From positions 186,001-250,000 of IMG/VR virus record IMGVR_UViG_3300021959_006010: a stretch of DNA of 64,000 nucleotides; one strand, given 5' to 3'. Shown piece after piece: positions 1-9,240 of the stretch (position 1 is its first letter; every line of letters starts with the position of its first letter). The notes beneath the pieces were generated by a model. It saw only the letters and a program-made list of their open reading frames with translations. It was not told where the DNA came from and made no database searches. The position numbers and the translations under genes were made by a program.

Positions 1-205
1 TGCCTCCCGACTACCAAATGCGCTATGTGTATAACATAGCACAACACTACATCTATGTCAACAGTTTATTTGTCAAGTTTTTTCTTTATCCAAAGAACAC
101 TTGCATAAACAGCAAGAGCCCACACTGTTGCGAGTAATATATCGCTCCAGTGTTCTCGCATATTGTAGATAAACTCTATGCCTACTCTTGCTGTATCTGC
201 GTCCA

Positions 206-1945
206 TTAGTGTATACTTGGCAATTTATTATAGTCTACTTGATAGTAGCCTGACTCGTGTATACTCACTGCGTCAGCGTACTCAGTGTCTAATAGCTCTT
301 GTGCCATTACACCCGTATGCTGCTCGTTGCTCCATACATAATTGTATGTGTAAGTGTTAAGTCCTGCAACTACACCTGCAAACTCTACATTCTCTTTTAG
401 ACGCACATCTGAAAACCATTTCTTAGGATTGCTAATGGTTTTCCAGGCTTTGTTAGCCGCGTCTTCAATTGCCTTTTCAGCACTGTTGATTGCATTGTTG
501 CATTGATTAATTGCTGAGTTACAAGCATTGATAGTTGAATTAGCTGCGTTCATCATATTTTGTGCAGACAATGCTTGTTTTGTCCAATTAGCAGCTTCAC
601 TGCCCCAATGTGCTACTGAGTTAGCTGCATTGGTTACTGCGCTAGTTGCATCGTTTACTGCTTTCTCTGTCGCATTTACTGCACTGTTAGCACCTGCTAG
701 TGCTTTTTGTGCGCCTACTTGTGCTTCTTGTGCAACGCCTAGGCTGTAGTTTGCAACTTTAACTGCTTCGTCTTGTGCTGCATCAAGTTGATCAGTCATA
801 TACTTCTGTGCTTTGTCAACTGTGCCGCCTGCATCTAGGATTGCTTGTGCGCCGTCAATGATAGGATTCATATCAATGTCTAGATCAAAGTCTGCGTCTA
901 GTCCAATTAGACAAGCAACCTTACCGTCTACACCAATTGATAGTTTGTTGTCTTCGTATGTTGCGTGAGCACCACCACTTACACCAATTTGTGCACCAGC
1001 ACTTACACCTGCTGAACCACCTGCTTCTACATTACCTACGTGAGCTGAACCACTTGCATCTGCACTAACACTTGCGCCTGCAATGGCACCACCTTCAACA
1101 CTTGCACCGTGTTCGCCAACACTTGCACTTCCGCCTGCTTGTGCATATGCTTCTGCGTGTACACCTGCTTCGCCTTCTGCGCCTGCGTCAACGCTTACAT
1201 CACCAATAGGCGTATCTAGTCCAATGCTTGCATCTGCACTTCCACCTACTGTTGCATCAGCACTTGCACTTGCACCTACTTCTGCGGCTGCACTTGCATC
1301 ACTACCATCCCAGCCGCCACTTGCGTTTGCGTGGGCTTCTACTTCTGCACCTGCTTGAGCGTTTGCTTCTGCACTTGCATCTTCGTGTAGTGTACCAATG
1401 TTACCTAGGTCTTGTTGTGCGTGTGCTTCTGCGCCTGCTTCTGCATCAGCACTAACACCTGCGTGAGCTTCTGCACCTGCTGCAAACGAACTGTCTGTAG
1501 TTTCTACACCAGCACTTGCTCCCGCTTCTGCACTTGCGTGAGCACCTGCACTTGCACTTGCTCCAGCATTTTCGTTGCCTACACTTGTGCTTGTGTCAAC
1601 ACCTGCACTTGCATCTACAACTACTGCGTATTGCGGTTCGCTTACTTTGTCAACATTAGCTTGTGCATCTAGTACAGCAGCGTGAGCAGCATCATATTCT
1701 TCTTGTTTTTTCTTTTGATCTTCAACAGCCGCATCGTGATCTTTTTGCGCTTGATCCAACTGTGCCTGAGCATCTTTTTGTTGTTGCTCTGCTTTTGCTT
1801 TTTCTTGATCAGCGTGTGCTTTATTTGAATCAGCAGTGTTTTTTTGTTGTGTAGCACTGCTTAGTTGATTCTGTGCCTGAGATTTTTCTGCTTCTTTTTG
1901 GTTCTTTTCGTTCTGCGCATTGCGCTTGTCGTCTTCTGCACTCAT
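206..1945 (-). CDS. Putative trimeric fibre-like protein: coiled coil, Ala/Gly-rich repeat region, coiled coil, C-terminal peptidase S74-type chaperone domain
   Basis: 579 aa. C-terminus SDVRLKENV...YTYNY...GVMAQEL...GYYQVDY matches the S74 intramolecular chaperone pattern. Heptad-like A/N/Q-rich segments flank AGASASAG repeats. AGGAGA RBS upstream. Confidence 0.65.
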   Translation of the reverse strand: MSAEDDKRNAQNEKNQKEAEKSQAQNQLSSATQQKNTADSNKAHADQEKAKAEQQQKDAQAQLDQAQKDHDAAVEDQKKKQEEYDAAHAAVLDAQANVDKVSEPQYAVVVDASAGVDTSTSVGNENAGASASAGAHASAEAGASAGVETTDSSFAAGAEAHAGVSADAEAGAEAHAQQDLGNIGTLHEDASAEANAQAGAEVEAHANASGGWDGSDASAAAEVGASASADATVGGSADASIGLDTPIGDVSVDAGAEGEAGVHAEAYAQAGGSASVGEHGASVEGGAIAGASVSADASGSAHVGNVEAGGSAGVSAGAQIGVSGGAHATYEDNKLSIGVDGKVACLIGLDADFDLDIDMNPIIDGAQAILDAGGTVDKAQKYMTDQLDAAQDEAVKVANYSLGVAQEAQVGAQKALAGANSAVNATEKAVNDATSAVTNAANSVAHWGSEAANWTKQALSAQNMMNAANSTINACNSAINQCNNAINSAEKAIEDAANKAWKTISNPKKWFSDVRLKENVEFAGVVAGLNTYTYNYVWSNEQHTGVMAQELLDTEYADAVSIHESGYYQVDYNKLPSIH

Positions 1946-2010
1946 TGAGTATCTCCTATTGGTTACATAATAGTTATTAAAAAAGGACCCTTTCGGATCC
2001 TTTTAATGGT

Positions 2011-2496
2011 TTATTTGCCTTCCATTAGTGCAACAGCTTCGTCATATTCTTCTTGACTTACTACACCTTCGCGAAGTAGCTTCATTCTGTTGGCCATATG
2101 TTTAGTTTGGATTTCTTCTTTTGATCCACCAAAGTATGCAACACAATGTCCTTCTTCAATCATTATGTCTGTTACCTTTTCACGCTTGCCTTCGTAACGC
2201 TCTACCCAAAAGTCGCCTAGGATACGTCCGAACTTGCCTTTCATATCTTCACCGTCTTTATTTTCAGTAGTGATTAGTTTGCCGCCTTCTGCTAGAAGCT
2301 CTTTTAATCTATTCTTTGCTGCTGTGCCAAAGACTTTTTCTACTTTGTCGCTAGTGCGTGACTCTGGTGTGTCAATGCCCATAATGCGTACACGTTCGTC
2401 TTTTAACCATACGCCAAATCCTAAGTCAATGTCTACATCAACTGTATCGCCGTCTACACATTTCAGTAGAACTACGTCATATTCGTTTTGTTGCAT
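2011..2496 (-). CDS. Thermonuclease (SNase-like) family nuclease
   Basis: VDGDTVDV...VRIMGIDTPES...GKFGRILG motifs. Confidence 0.85.
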   Translation of the reverse strand: MQQNEYDVVLLKCVDGDTVDVDIDLGFGVWLKDERVRIMGIDTPESRTSDKVEKVFGTAAKNRLKELLAEGGKLITTENKDGEDMKGKFGRILGDFWVERYEGKREKVTDIMIEEGHCVAYFGGSKEEIQTKHMANRMKLLREGVVSQEEYDEAVALMEGK

Positions 2497-2518
2497 TTTT
2501 ACCCTCTCCTGTTAATGC

Positions 2519-2860
2519 TTATTGTTGTGGGTTTTTTGTCCCCCATTTGCGTTCGTATGTGTCATCTGTTCCATACGTGTCTGCCCATTTGTTTTCTGTA
2601 AACTTTGCGAAATCAATTAACATTAAAATTTCTGTATAGTTTTCTTCAATCCATTGTTCGTGATCTTGTAGACGTGCTTTCATTTCTGTTATATCACGTG
2701 CCATATTAACTTCGTTCTCTAAAGCCATACGACTTGTTAGTTCACTTACTTCGCCCTTGAGTGTTTCTATTGTTTGTGCTTGTTGTGCTGTCCACCAAAC
2801 AAATGCACTTACTTGCATAACGATTGCTATAACAACACCTATTCCAAATTTTGCGTTCAT
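2519..2860 (-). CDS. Hypothetical membrane-anchored coiled-coil protein
   Basis: N-terminal hydrophobic helix followed by a heptad region; AGGA RBS. Confidence 0.6.
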   Translation of the reverse strand: MNAKFGIGVVIAIVMQVSAFVWWTAQQAQTIETLKGEVSELTSRMALENEVNMARDITEMKARLQDHEQWIEENYTEILMLIDFAKFTENKWADTYGTDDTYERKWGTKNPQQ

Positions 2861-2956
2861 AGGAATTCCTTTAAAGTTATATACTATGTTTATTTAGTCA
2901 CAAAAAAGGGCAATGTTGCCACTGCCCTTTTATACTGTTTCTTCTATATGTTTTTA

Positions 2957-3757
2957 TTAGAATGAGAAGCTGATGCCTGCTGTTGGAGCAAAATCTTCTG
3001 CGTCGATGTTGTAGTTAGCACCTGCTGTAAGTTCTGCACCACCGATGTTGTATGTGTACTCGCCACCAATGTTTTGGAACGTATCGTCTGTATCACCATT
3101 TAGATATGCTGTTACGCCCATTACAGATGCAACACCTTCGAAGCCTAATCTTTCAGCATCTACGTCATAAGTAACTGTCTTTGATAGACCAACGCCTGCA
3201 ATTTCAATTCCTCCAGCAGTTGCGCCAAGAACAAAGTTTTCACTGTCCATGTTATAGTCGCCTGCTAGTGTAATGTTTGCTAGACCTGCAACGTTACCCA
3301 TTGTGTAAGCACCTTGAATGTTGCTGATGTCTGTTACGTCTGCTGTCCAGTCAGTAAAACCAACTGCTACGGCTGCATCACCTACAGTTACTTTAATTGA
3401 TTCAGTCATTGCTGGTGCTGCAAGTGTTTGCTCGCCTTCTGCTCCAACAAATACACCATTGTCGTTGCCTAGTGCTACGCCAAGGCTGCCAATTGCTGTT
3501 CCGACAGTCCAAGTATCAAGTTCAATTTGATCAGTGTCGTTTGCAATAAAACCTAAGTCAACAGTTCCAAGTGTTCCTGCTGAAAGTCCTAGGTCTAAGC
3601 CAAGTTCTCCGCCCCAGTCGCCTGATGCTTGTTCGCTGAATGTTAGTTCAACCTCACCAGAAAGAACAGGAGTTGGAACTGCTACGTTTTCCGAGTCAGC
3701 AAATGCTGTTGTACCAACAAGCATTGTTGCTGCAAAAACAGATAATAGTTTACGCAT
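2957..3757 (-). CDS. Outer-membrane porin-like beta-barrel protein
   Basis: Signal peptide MRKLL...TTAFA, alternating amphipathic beta-strands, acidic composition, C-terminal ...GISFSF (terminal Phe, BAM-type signal). Confidence 0.7.
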   Translation of the reverse strand: MRKLLSVFAATMLVGTTAFADSENVAVPTPVLSGEVELTFSEQASGDWGGELGLDLGLSAGTLGTVDLGFIANDTDQIELDTWTVGTAIGSLGVALGNDNGVFVGAEGEQTLAAPAMTESIKVTVGDAAVAVGFTDWTADVTDISNIQGAYTMGNVAGLANITLAGDYNMDSENFVLGATAGGIEIAGVGLSKTVTYDVDAERLGFEGVASVMGVTAYLNGDTDDTFQNIGGEYTYNIGGAELTAGANYNIDAEDFAPTAGISFSF

Positions 3758-3901
3758 TAATAGTTTCCTTTTTTATTTCATTAATTAATAGTAAAGACAA
3801 AGTAACGGGACTACCTTATCACGATTATATTTATAATTGTTTTTCGCTGCATTGCAATATCTGGATGCTGAAAGTAAAGATGTGTTGCAAGAAAAGCACA
3901 G

Positions 3902-4786
3902 TTATTTGGTTGCTCTATCTCTAGCAAAACTAATAATTTCTTTTGCTACATTTATTCCTGTATACTTTTCAAATCCTTTAAAACCAGGAGCACTGTTTGC
4001 TTCGCATACTTTAAAGTCATCACCATCAAACAACAAATCAATACCGCCAATGTCAAGGCCAAGTGCAGATGTTGTTGCTAGTGCAATTTCTTCTATGCGT
4101 TCGTTCATAGGAAAATTTTCTCCTACTCCTCCCCTAGTAATATTTGCTTTAAAACTTCCGTCTTTGCTACTGCGTTTCATAGCACCTAAAACTTTATCGC
4201 CAACTACATATACTCTAATATCTTCGCCAGGCTTACTATCAATGTATTCTTGTACAATAATTGCTTCGTCGCTTTTGATACCGTGTGCAAACTCTATAAA
4301 GTCTTGTAGTTCTTGTTTGTTGTGTACTAGATAAACACCTTTACCATACGAACCTGCAAAAATTTTAACTACACAAGGAAATCCTAACTCGCTTGCGATT
4401 AGTTTTGGATTCACTGGATCTTTTACTAGTACTGTTTTAGGCGCAGGTAATCCTTTTTCGGCAAACACTTGGGTTGCCCAGAGTTTGTCTTTGGTTACTT
4501 CAATAGCATGTGCATTATTAAGTAACGGAACATTCAACTTTTCTAAATGTCTTAAAACACTAAGACCAAAATATCCTGTGCCGCTGCCTGTTCTAGGAAT
4601 AACAACATCAGGTAAACTTACAATTTTATTTTTATATCTTATACTACGTCTATCATCTCGAGAAACACATATATCTAAATCAGGATGCATTACCAATTCA
4701 AAGTTGCCATTACCTTCTTCAATAAGTCTTTTGTTTTCGTAATTAGTTGTAGGTTGTTTCTTTTGTAAAACTATCCATCCCTTCAC
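3902..4786 (-). CDS. rimK: RimK-family ATP-grasp ligase
   Basis: KDKLWATQ, VVKIFAGSYGKGV, IVQEYI...DIRVYVVG, FKANITRGG, GGIDLL, VCEANSAPG motifs; GTG start. Confidence 0.85.
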   Translation of the reverse strand: MKGWIVLQKKQPTTNYENKRLIEEGNGNFELVMHPDLDICVSRDDRRSIRYKNKIVSLPDVVIPRTGSGTGYFGLSVLRHLEKLNVPLLNNAHAIEVTKDKLWATQVFAEKGLPAPKTVLVKDPVNPKLIASELGFPCVVKIFAGSYGKGVYLVHNKQELQDFIEFAHGIKSDEAIIVQEYIDSKPGEDIRVYVVGDKVLGAMKRSSKDGSFKANITRGGVGENFPMNERIEEIALATTSALGLDIGGIDLLFDGDDFKVCEANSAPGFKGFEKYTGINVAKEIISFARDRATK

Positions 4787-4807
4787 CTGGGTGCCCTCTC
4801 AATAAAA

Positions 4808-5128
4808 AGTGGAGAGCATTCTGTTGCCCGGGGCTCTCCATAACCGCGAAGGTGCAGATGTTTAGGCTGCGATTGCTACCTCGTCAAAGTTAGCAAAAAC
4901 TTCAGGTTTAAAATTGCTGTTTGCAATTATTGAATTTGGCTGAATAACGTAGGCCAACACGGTTAACTCCACTTCACTTTCACACCTGTCGATCCTATTT
5001 CGACCCCATCAAAAGCATACCCATATATTATATATTGACCTAGGCTATCTGCCTAGCGGGATATGCTTTTGGTGGAGTCGCCGGGTACCGCCCCCGGGTC
5101 CAGAATGTGTCTACGTTGCTTCAACGCT
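4808..5128 (-). ncRNA. ssrA: Circularly permuted (two-piece) tmRNA
   Basis: Acceptor piece ...GACCCGGGGGCGGTACCCGGCGACTCCACCA ends at 5070. A hairpin-forming intervening segment follows. The coding piece starts GGGGTCGAAATAGGATCGAC at 5007. The tag ORF 4924-4862 reads ANSNFKPEVFANFDEVAIAA*. The 3' end has GGCAACAGAA. The 5' and 3' limits are approximate. Confidence 0.92.
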
Positions 5129-5159
5129 AACAGTATTATTTATACACTATATTTGTGCA

Positions 5160-5744
5160 TTAGTCAACTTGTTTTGTAATAATTTCGTAAATCTTTTTCC
5201 AATTCCAAACACAGATTGCATTTCCTGTATAATCTTGGTTATGGTCATGATTAATTAGAATACCGTTAAGGCCTAACTCAATACCAGTATCTACGTTTTG
5301 CGGTTTATCTTCAACCCAATAGCATCCGGTACCTTTATACTCTAACAAAACTTCGTCTTTGTCGGCTCCAGTATCTAAATAAACATATTTTTCAAACACG
5401 GTATCGCCAAACATTTCTCTTAAGTTTTTAGTACGCAAATGCTGTGCATACTGATCGTTGCTTAGGCTTGTAATAGCATGGAAAATATAACCGTGTTCGG
5501 TATGTAACTTTTTAACATAATGCATTGCATCACGTAGTGGAGGTAGTTTGCGGATCCAAGCACTCTCATTAAACATACGTACTAAACGCATTGTTTCGTT
5601 TTTTTCTAATCCGTACTTGATATCCATTTTATAATCACCAGTTACTTTAATTGTGTAACCATGGCGTTTCATCCACTGATCAAAGGCGTACTCCCAATCT
5701 AAAAGTACACCATCGCAATCTGTTAAAATAACTTTATTCTTCAT
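5160..5744 (-). CDS. HAD-family 5'(3')-deoxyribonucleotidase
   Basis: LTDCDGVLLDW (DxDG) and WVEDKP motifs. Confidence 0.8.
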   Translation of the reverse strand: MKNKVILTDCDGVLLDWEYAFDQWMKRHGYTIKVTGDYKMDIKYGLEKNETMRLVRMFNESAWIRKLPPLRDAMHYVKKLHTEHGYIFHAITSLSNDQYAQHLRTKNLREMFGDTVFEKYVYLDTGADKDEVLLEYKGTGCYWVEDKPQNVDTGIELGLNGILINHDHNQDYTGNAICVWNWKKIYEIITKQVD

Positions 5745-5805
5745 TTGAGCCTCTTGTTGCCTATTGTGTTAGTATAATAACATATAGTAAAGAGGCTGTC
5801 AACCT

Positions 5806-6600
5806 TTAAGTTCTATAACCTGCACTTGCCATTGTTGATGTTGCCCAACTAGGATGAGGAACATTCCATGTACGCTTTGGTCCAAGATCTATGTGCATAA
5901 AACTATTATACAGTCCTATACCTTGAGCACCGCTTTCGATTGCAGCAACTAACATACGTTGTCTATCAGCAGTATTTGAACCGATATACGCTAAATCCAT
6001 TGCTTTTCCGTACATATGTTTGCTTGAAGAGGCGCCACCTACACTAGCATTGTAGTTTCTATCTCTATATCCGCTATTTACTGTAATTGTAGTTCCTAGA
6101 CTGCGAGCCATTCTATCTGCAATAGTTTTAATAGCAGGATCAACTCTAGTCCTGTCACTTGGAACTCCCCAGTTTAAAAGTTCGTTGCTTTCGTTCACAG
6201 GATAGTTATTAAAGTCCGGACCTGCTCCTGTACCTCCATTCGGTGGAGCAGCAATTTCTCCTATAGGAGGAGCAGTAGATGATCCAGAACCTCCTGTTGT
6301 ACTTGGTGTTCCTCCGGGAGTATAACTGTATCCTTGGTTTTCTATATATTCGTTTTGTTCTACTTGTTGACCAGCAAGTCTTTCTTGTGTAATCAAAGCA
6401 GTAACGGCTGCTGGGTCAGGTCCCTGAAGTCCTGTAAATCCAGTTACTGCATCTACTTGCACTGCGGCAACTGCACCTGATGCTCCGTCAATCCAAACAG
6501 TTGCATCGTTTTCAATCATTGCGTTTGGTCCTGGATCAGGCCCGTGTAGTCCATGAGACTGATCACTATCTAAATCACCAACACGAATTGCTCTAGGCAT
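5806..6600 (-). CDS. PAAR-like N-terminus fused to a peptidase M15 domain (virion-associated cell-wall hydrolase)
   Basis: MPRAIRVGDLD..SH start. C-terminus SGYRD..YNASVGGASSSKHMYGKAMDL...GIGLYNSFMHIDLG carries the M15 Zn-ligand pattern. Confidence 0.7.
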   Translation of the reverse strand: MPRAIRVGDLDSDQSHGLHGPDPGPNAMIENDATVWIDGASGAVAAVQVDAVTGFTGLQGPDPAAVTALITQERLAGQQVEQNEYIENQGYSYTPGGTPSTTGGSGSSTAPPIGEIAAPPNGGTGAGPDFNNYPVNESNELLNWGVPSDRTRVDPAIKTIADRMARSLGTTITVNSGYRDRNYNASVGGASSSKHMYGKAMDLAYIGSNTADRQRMLVAAIESGAQGIGLYNSFMHIDLGPKRTWNVPHPSWATSTMASAGYRT

Positions 6601-6609
6601 ATTTTCTCC

Positions 6610-8589
6610 TTAGTTGTCACCGTAGCCGTCACCTAAGTTCCTTCTTAAGGAAGTTAGATAAGCATTTATTCTATTCAAACTTCTAGCTCTAATCTGTGAT
6701 TGTATTGCAGGATCTATATCAACATTATCATTATCAATTACTTTTTGTAAATAATCATCGCTAATGTTTGTATTGAGTATTCCGCCTTGTTCGATATATA
6801 ACTGCCACAAAATTGCACTTTCAACATCTCTATATTTGTCAGTCATGCGTATTCCGGCACCGTCTCGTTCACCGTCGCCAAGGTCTCGAAGTCTTGCAAT
6901 ATTTTCTCTTATTAGTTTAATATCGCCCTTGATTACTTTAAGTGTTTCGTCCATGCTATTTAGGCTTTCTGCCATCTGCCCAGTATGTCCTGCAATCTTA
7001 GATTGGTTTATAGCAATAGTGTCTAATGCCTCGATTGCTCTATTGAAATGCTCACTGTAATCATATGCAATGTTTTGAGTCTGTGACGTTAATGCTGCGG
7101 CTCCGATGCCGTATGACGAAAGATTAGTTGTACCTATCGCAGAACTTACACTTAAAGGTAAGTCTGTAGTTATGCCATAACCAATAGGCGATGCAACACT
7201 GTCAGGATTTGGGTCAGGTTCGTTTGGATCAATCCTTGACGGTCTTCTATAGTTGTCACTTTCTAAAACAAACACAGTAGTTGACAAGGTGCCTGCTTGA
7301 ACTGTTAACGTACTATCTACTGTTATATCATCGATAATTGAAGCTGTAATAGTTGCAGTGTTACTATAAAGCTGAAAATCGTCTACATCAAACTCTATTA
7401 AATTTGAAGCAATGCCGCTAAAAGTATACGGTTGTACTGTTCCGTCTGGAAATCCTTGCGAAGTAAGTGTAAATGTAACTTGTGACTTACCGCCGCTACG
7501 TCTGTCATTACGTGCTTCTGAAATTATATTAGTACTACTTTCTAAACTAACTAGTTGCTGTTGAGCAGCTAACACATCAGTTACTTCAAATAAGAATCTC
7601 TTGGCTTCAAGTTTTCTGTAAACTGAAAAATTATCTTGCTTGCCTGAAAGATTCCCTGCATCTTTTGCAGCATCTGCGGTTCGCTCGTTATAAAACAATA
7701 CAGGTGTAACTCTAATAAAATTGTCTTCTTGATTAAACAATAAATCAACATCATCATTATATTCTGAAGACGGTGCTCCGTTATTAAAATTGACATTTTG
7801 GAAAAAAGTATCAAGATTTAAAGTTGCTCTAATAGGTTTATAATAATATCCATCAGGATATTCTATTTTAAGAGCTCCAGTTTCGGCAAAGTCAACTGCA
7901 TTTGTAACATTTATTGTTGTTGTATATCTACTTAATGTTTCAGCAGTTGGTATATTAACTTGTACTGAATTTCCTAGTCCTTCTAATATTGTAACACCAT
8001 TTATATCAATAGTGTCTTGCACTTCTGGAAAATCAAGAGTTTCAACATCTAAATTATAAAAGTATGTTTCGTTTTCTACAATCGAAGTTGCTTCGATATT
8101 GTCAATATCTGAAACATCAATAGTAACAGATCCGTAAGTACCTGTAACTCGTATATCACCAAACGATTGTTTGTATCCATCAGGATTACTTAATATTAGA
8201 TCTCTTGTTGCATTGTCTGGAAATTCAAGTATCTCTGCACGGAGTCTTCCTGTTAATAATTCTGCGCCCGACAATACCATAGAATATTCGCCTGCATTTT
8301 CTAAAGCTAGGTAGTAATATTGTTTTACAAATGACGTTCCAGCTGAATTTAGAGGATATACTCGTAGTGCAAATCTATCTGTTGTATAAGATTTTACTAT
8401 ATTAATTTTAAGGACAAATAATTTAGATGACTGATTTAAAATATCAAAAGGATAATAAACTACAGGAACAGGGTCGCCGTCTATAACATCTTGTTCAGTT
8501 ATAAGTGGTACTGGTGATGATACATACTTTTCAAATTCATTAGGTGTTGCGTATTCAAGTGTTGGTATACCGCTTATACTGTAGCTCAT
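6610..8589 (-). CDS. Probable virion structural (tail/baseplate) protein
   Basis: 659-aa beta-rich ORF co-oriented with the PAAR-like gene; no catalytic motif recognised. Confidence 0.5.
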   Translation of the reverse strand: MSYSISGIPTLEYATPNEFEKYVSSPVPLITEQDVIDGDPVPVVYYPFDILNQSSKLFVLKINIVKSYTTDRFALRVYPLNSAGTSFVKQYYYLALENAGEYSMVLSGAELLTGRLRAEILEFPDNATRDLILSNPDGYKQSFGDIRVTGTYGSVTIDVSDIDNIEATSIVENETYFYNLDVETLDFPEVQDTIDINGVTILEGLGNSVQVNIPTAETLSRYTTTINVTNAVDFAETGALKIEYPDGYYYKPIRATLNLDTFFQNVNFNNGAPSSEYNDDVDLLFNQEDNFIRVTPVLFYNERTADAAKDAGNLSGKQDNFSVYRKLEAKRFLFEVTDVLAAQQQLVSLESSTNIISEARNDRRSGGKSQVTFTLTSQGFPDGTVQPYTFSGIASNLIEFDVDDFQLYSNTATITASIIDDITVDSTLTVQAGTLSTTVFVLESDNYRRPSRIDPNEPDPNPDSVASPIGYGITTDLPLSVSSAIGTTNLSSYGIGAAALTSQTQNIAYDYSEHFNRAIEALDTIAINQSKIAGHTGQMAESLNSMDETLKVIKGDIKLIRENIARLRDLGDGERDGAGIRMTDKYRDVESAILWQLYIEQGGILNTNISDDYLQKVIDNDNVDIDPAIQSQIRARSLNRINAYLTSLRRNLGDGYGDN

Positions 8590-8598
8590 TTATATTCC

Positions 8599-8892
8599 TT
8601 ACATAGTCATCTGTATCCCTGTTGTGCTTGACATATACTGCTTTGCCATCTCACTGTCTGTTTTATGCACAAAAAGGACTGCACTTTTATTTATTGGAAT
8701 TTCACTATCAGGATGTACAGTTACAGCAAACGGTCCTAGTCCGACACCTTGTTGACTCATCATAAGTGCCATTGGTTTCTTAAGAGTAATTGCTTTGTCA
8801 TCTTCTTTTACAAACCGACCAATTACTTCTTCTCCTGCTGTAGTTTTTAATGTAACTACGTCTTGTGCTTTGTATGGGGTTTCAATCAACAT
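8599..8892 (-). CDS. Small Sm-like fold phage protein
   Basis: VVTLKTTAGEEVIGRF...ITLKKPM pattern; overlaps the grx stop codon. Confidence 0.5.
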   Translation of the reverse strand: MLIETPYKAQDVVTLKTTAGEEVIGRFVKEDDKAITLKKPMALMMSQQGVGLGPFAVTVHPDSEIPINKSAVLFVHKTDSEMAKQYMSSTTGIQMTM

Positions 8893-9149
8893 TATAGTGT
8901 ATGTCCTGTTCCAGTATAACCAGTATCTTCTAAGTATGATGTAAACTGCTCATAGCCGCCTACTTTCAATCCATTAACAACAATCTGCGGTACAGATCTT
9001 GCACCCGGGAATGTTTCTAATAGCTCTTCCTTTGTATAGTCAACGTCTAATGTTTTGTATTCGAAGTTAAAACCTCTTTGTTCGCAGAGTGCCTTTGCTC
9101 GATCGCAAAAAGGACACATAGGCTTTCCATAAATTGTAATCATTGGCAT
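8892..9149 (-). CDS. grx: Glutaredoxin
   Basis: CPFC active site, SVPQI and VGGY motifs; adjacent to nrdB. Confidence 0.9.
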   Translation of the reverse strand: MPMITIYGKPMCPFCDRAKALCEQRGFNFEYKTLDVDYTKEELLETFPGARSVPQIVVNGLKVGGYEQFTSYLEDTGYTGTGHTL

Positions 9150-9240
9150 AAATCCTCATATTTTGTTGTGTGTGCTCTGTGTAATACGCCATTTGGCACA
9201 TCCTGAGACATGCCAAACAACTTTTTTAAAAAGTTAATAA

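Noticed and set aside
528-1857. Overlapping ORFs such as the His/Leu-rich 1228-1455 and Ala/Ser-rich 1083-1358
   Set aside because: They are antisense or frame shadows of the repetitive 206-1945 gene and have no RBS.
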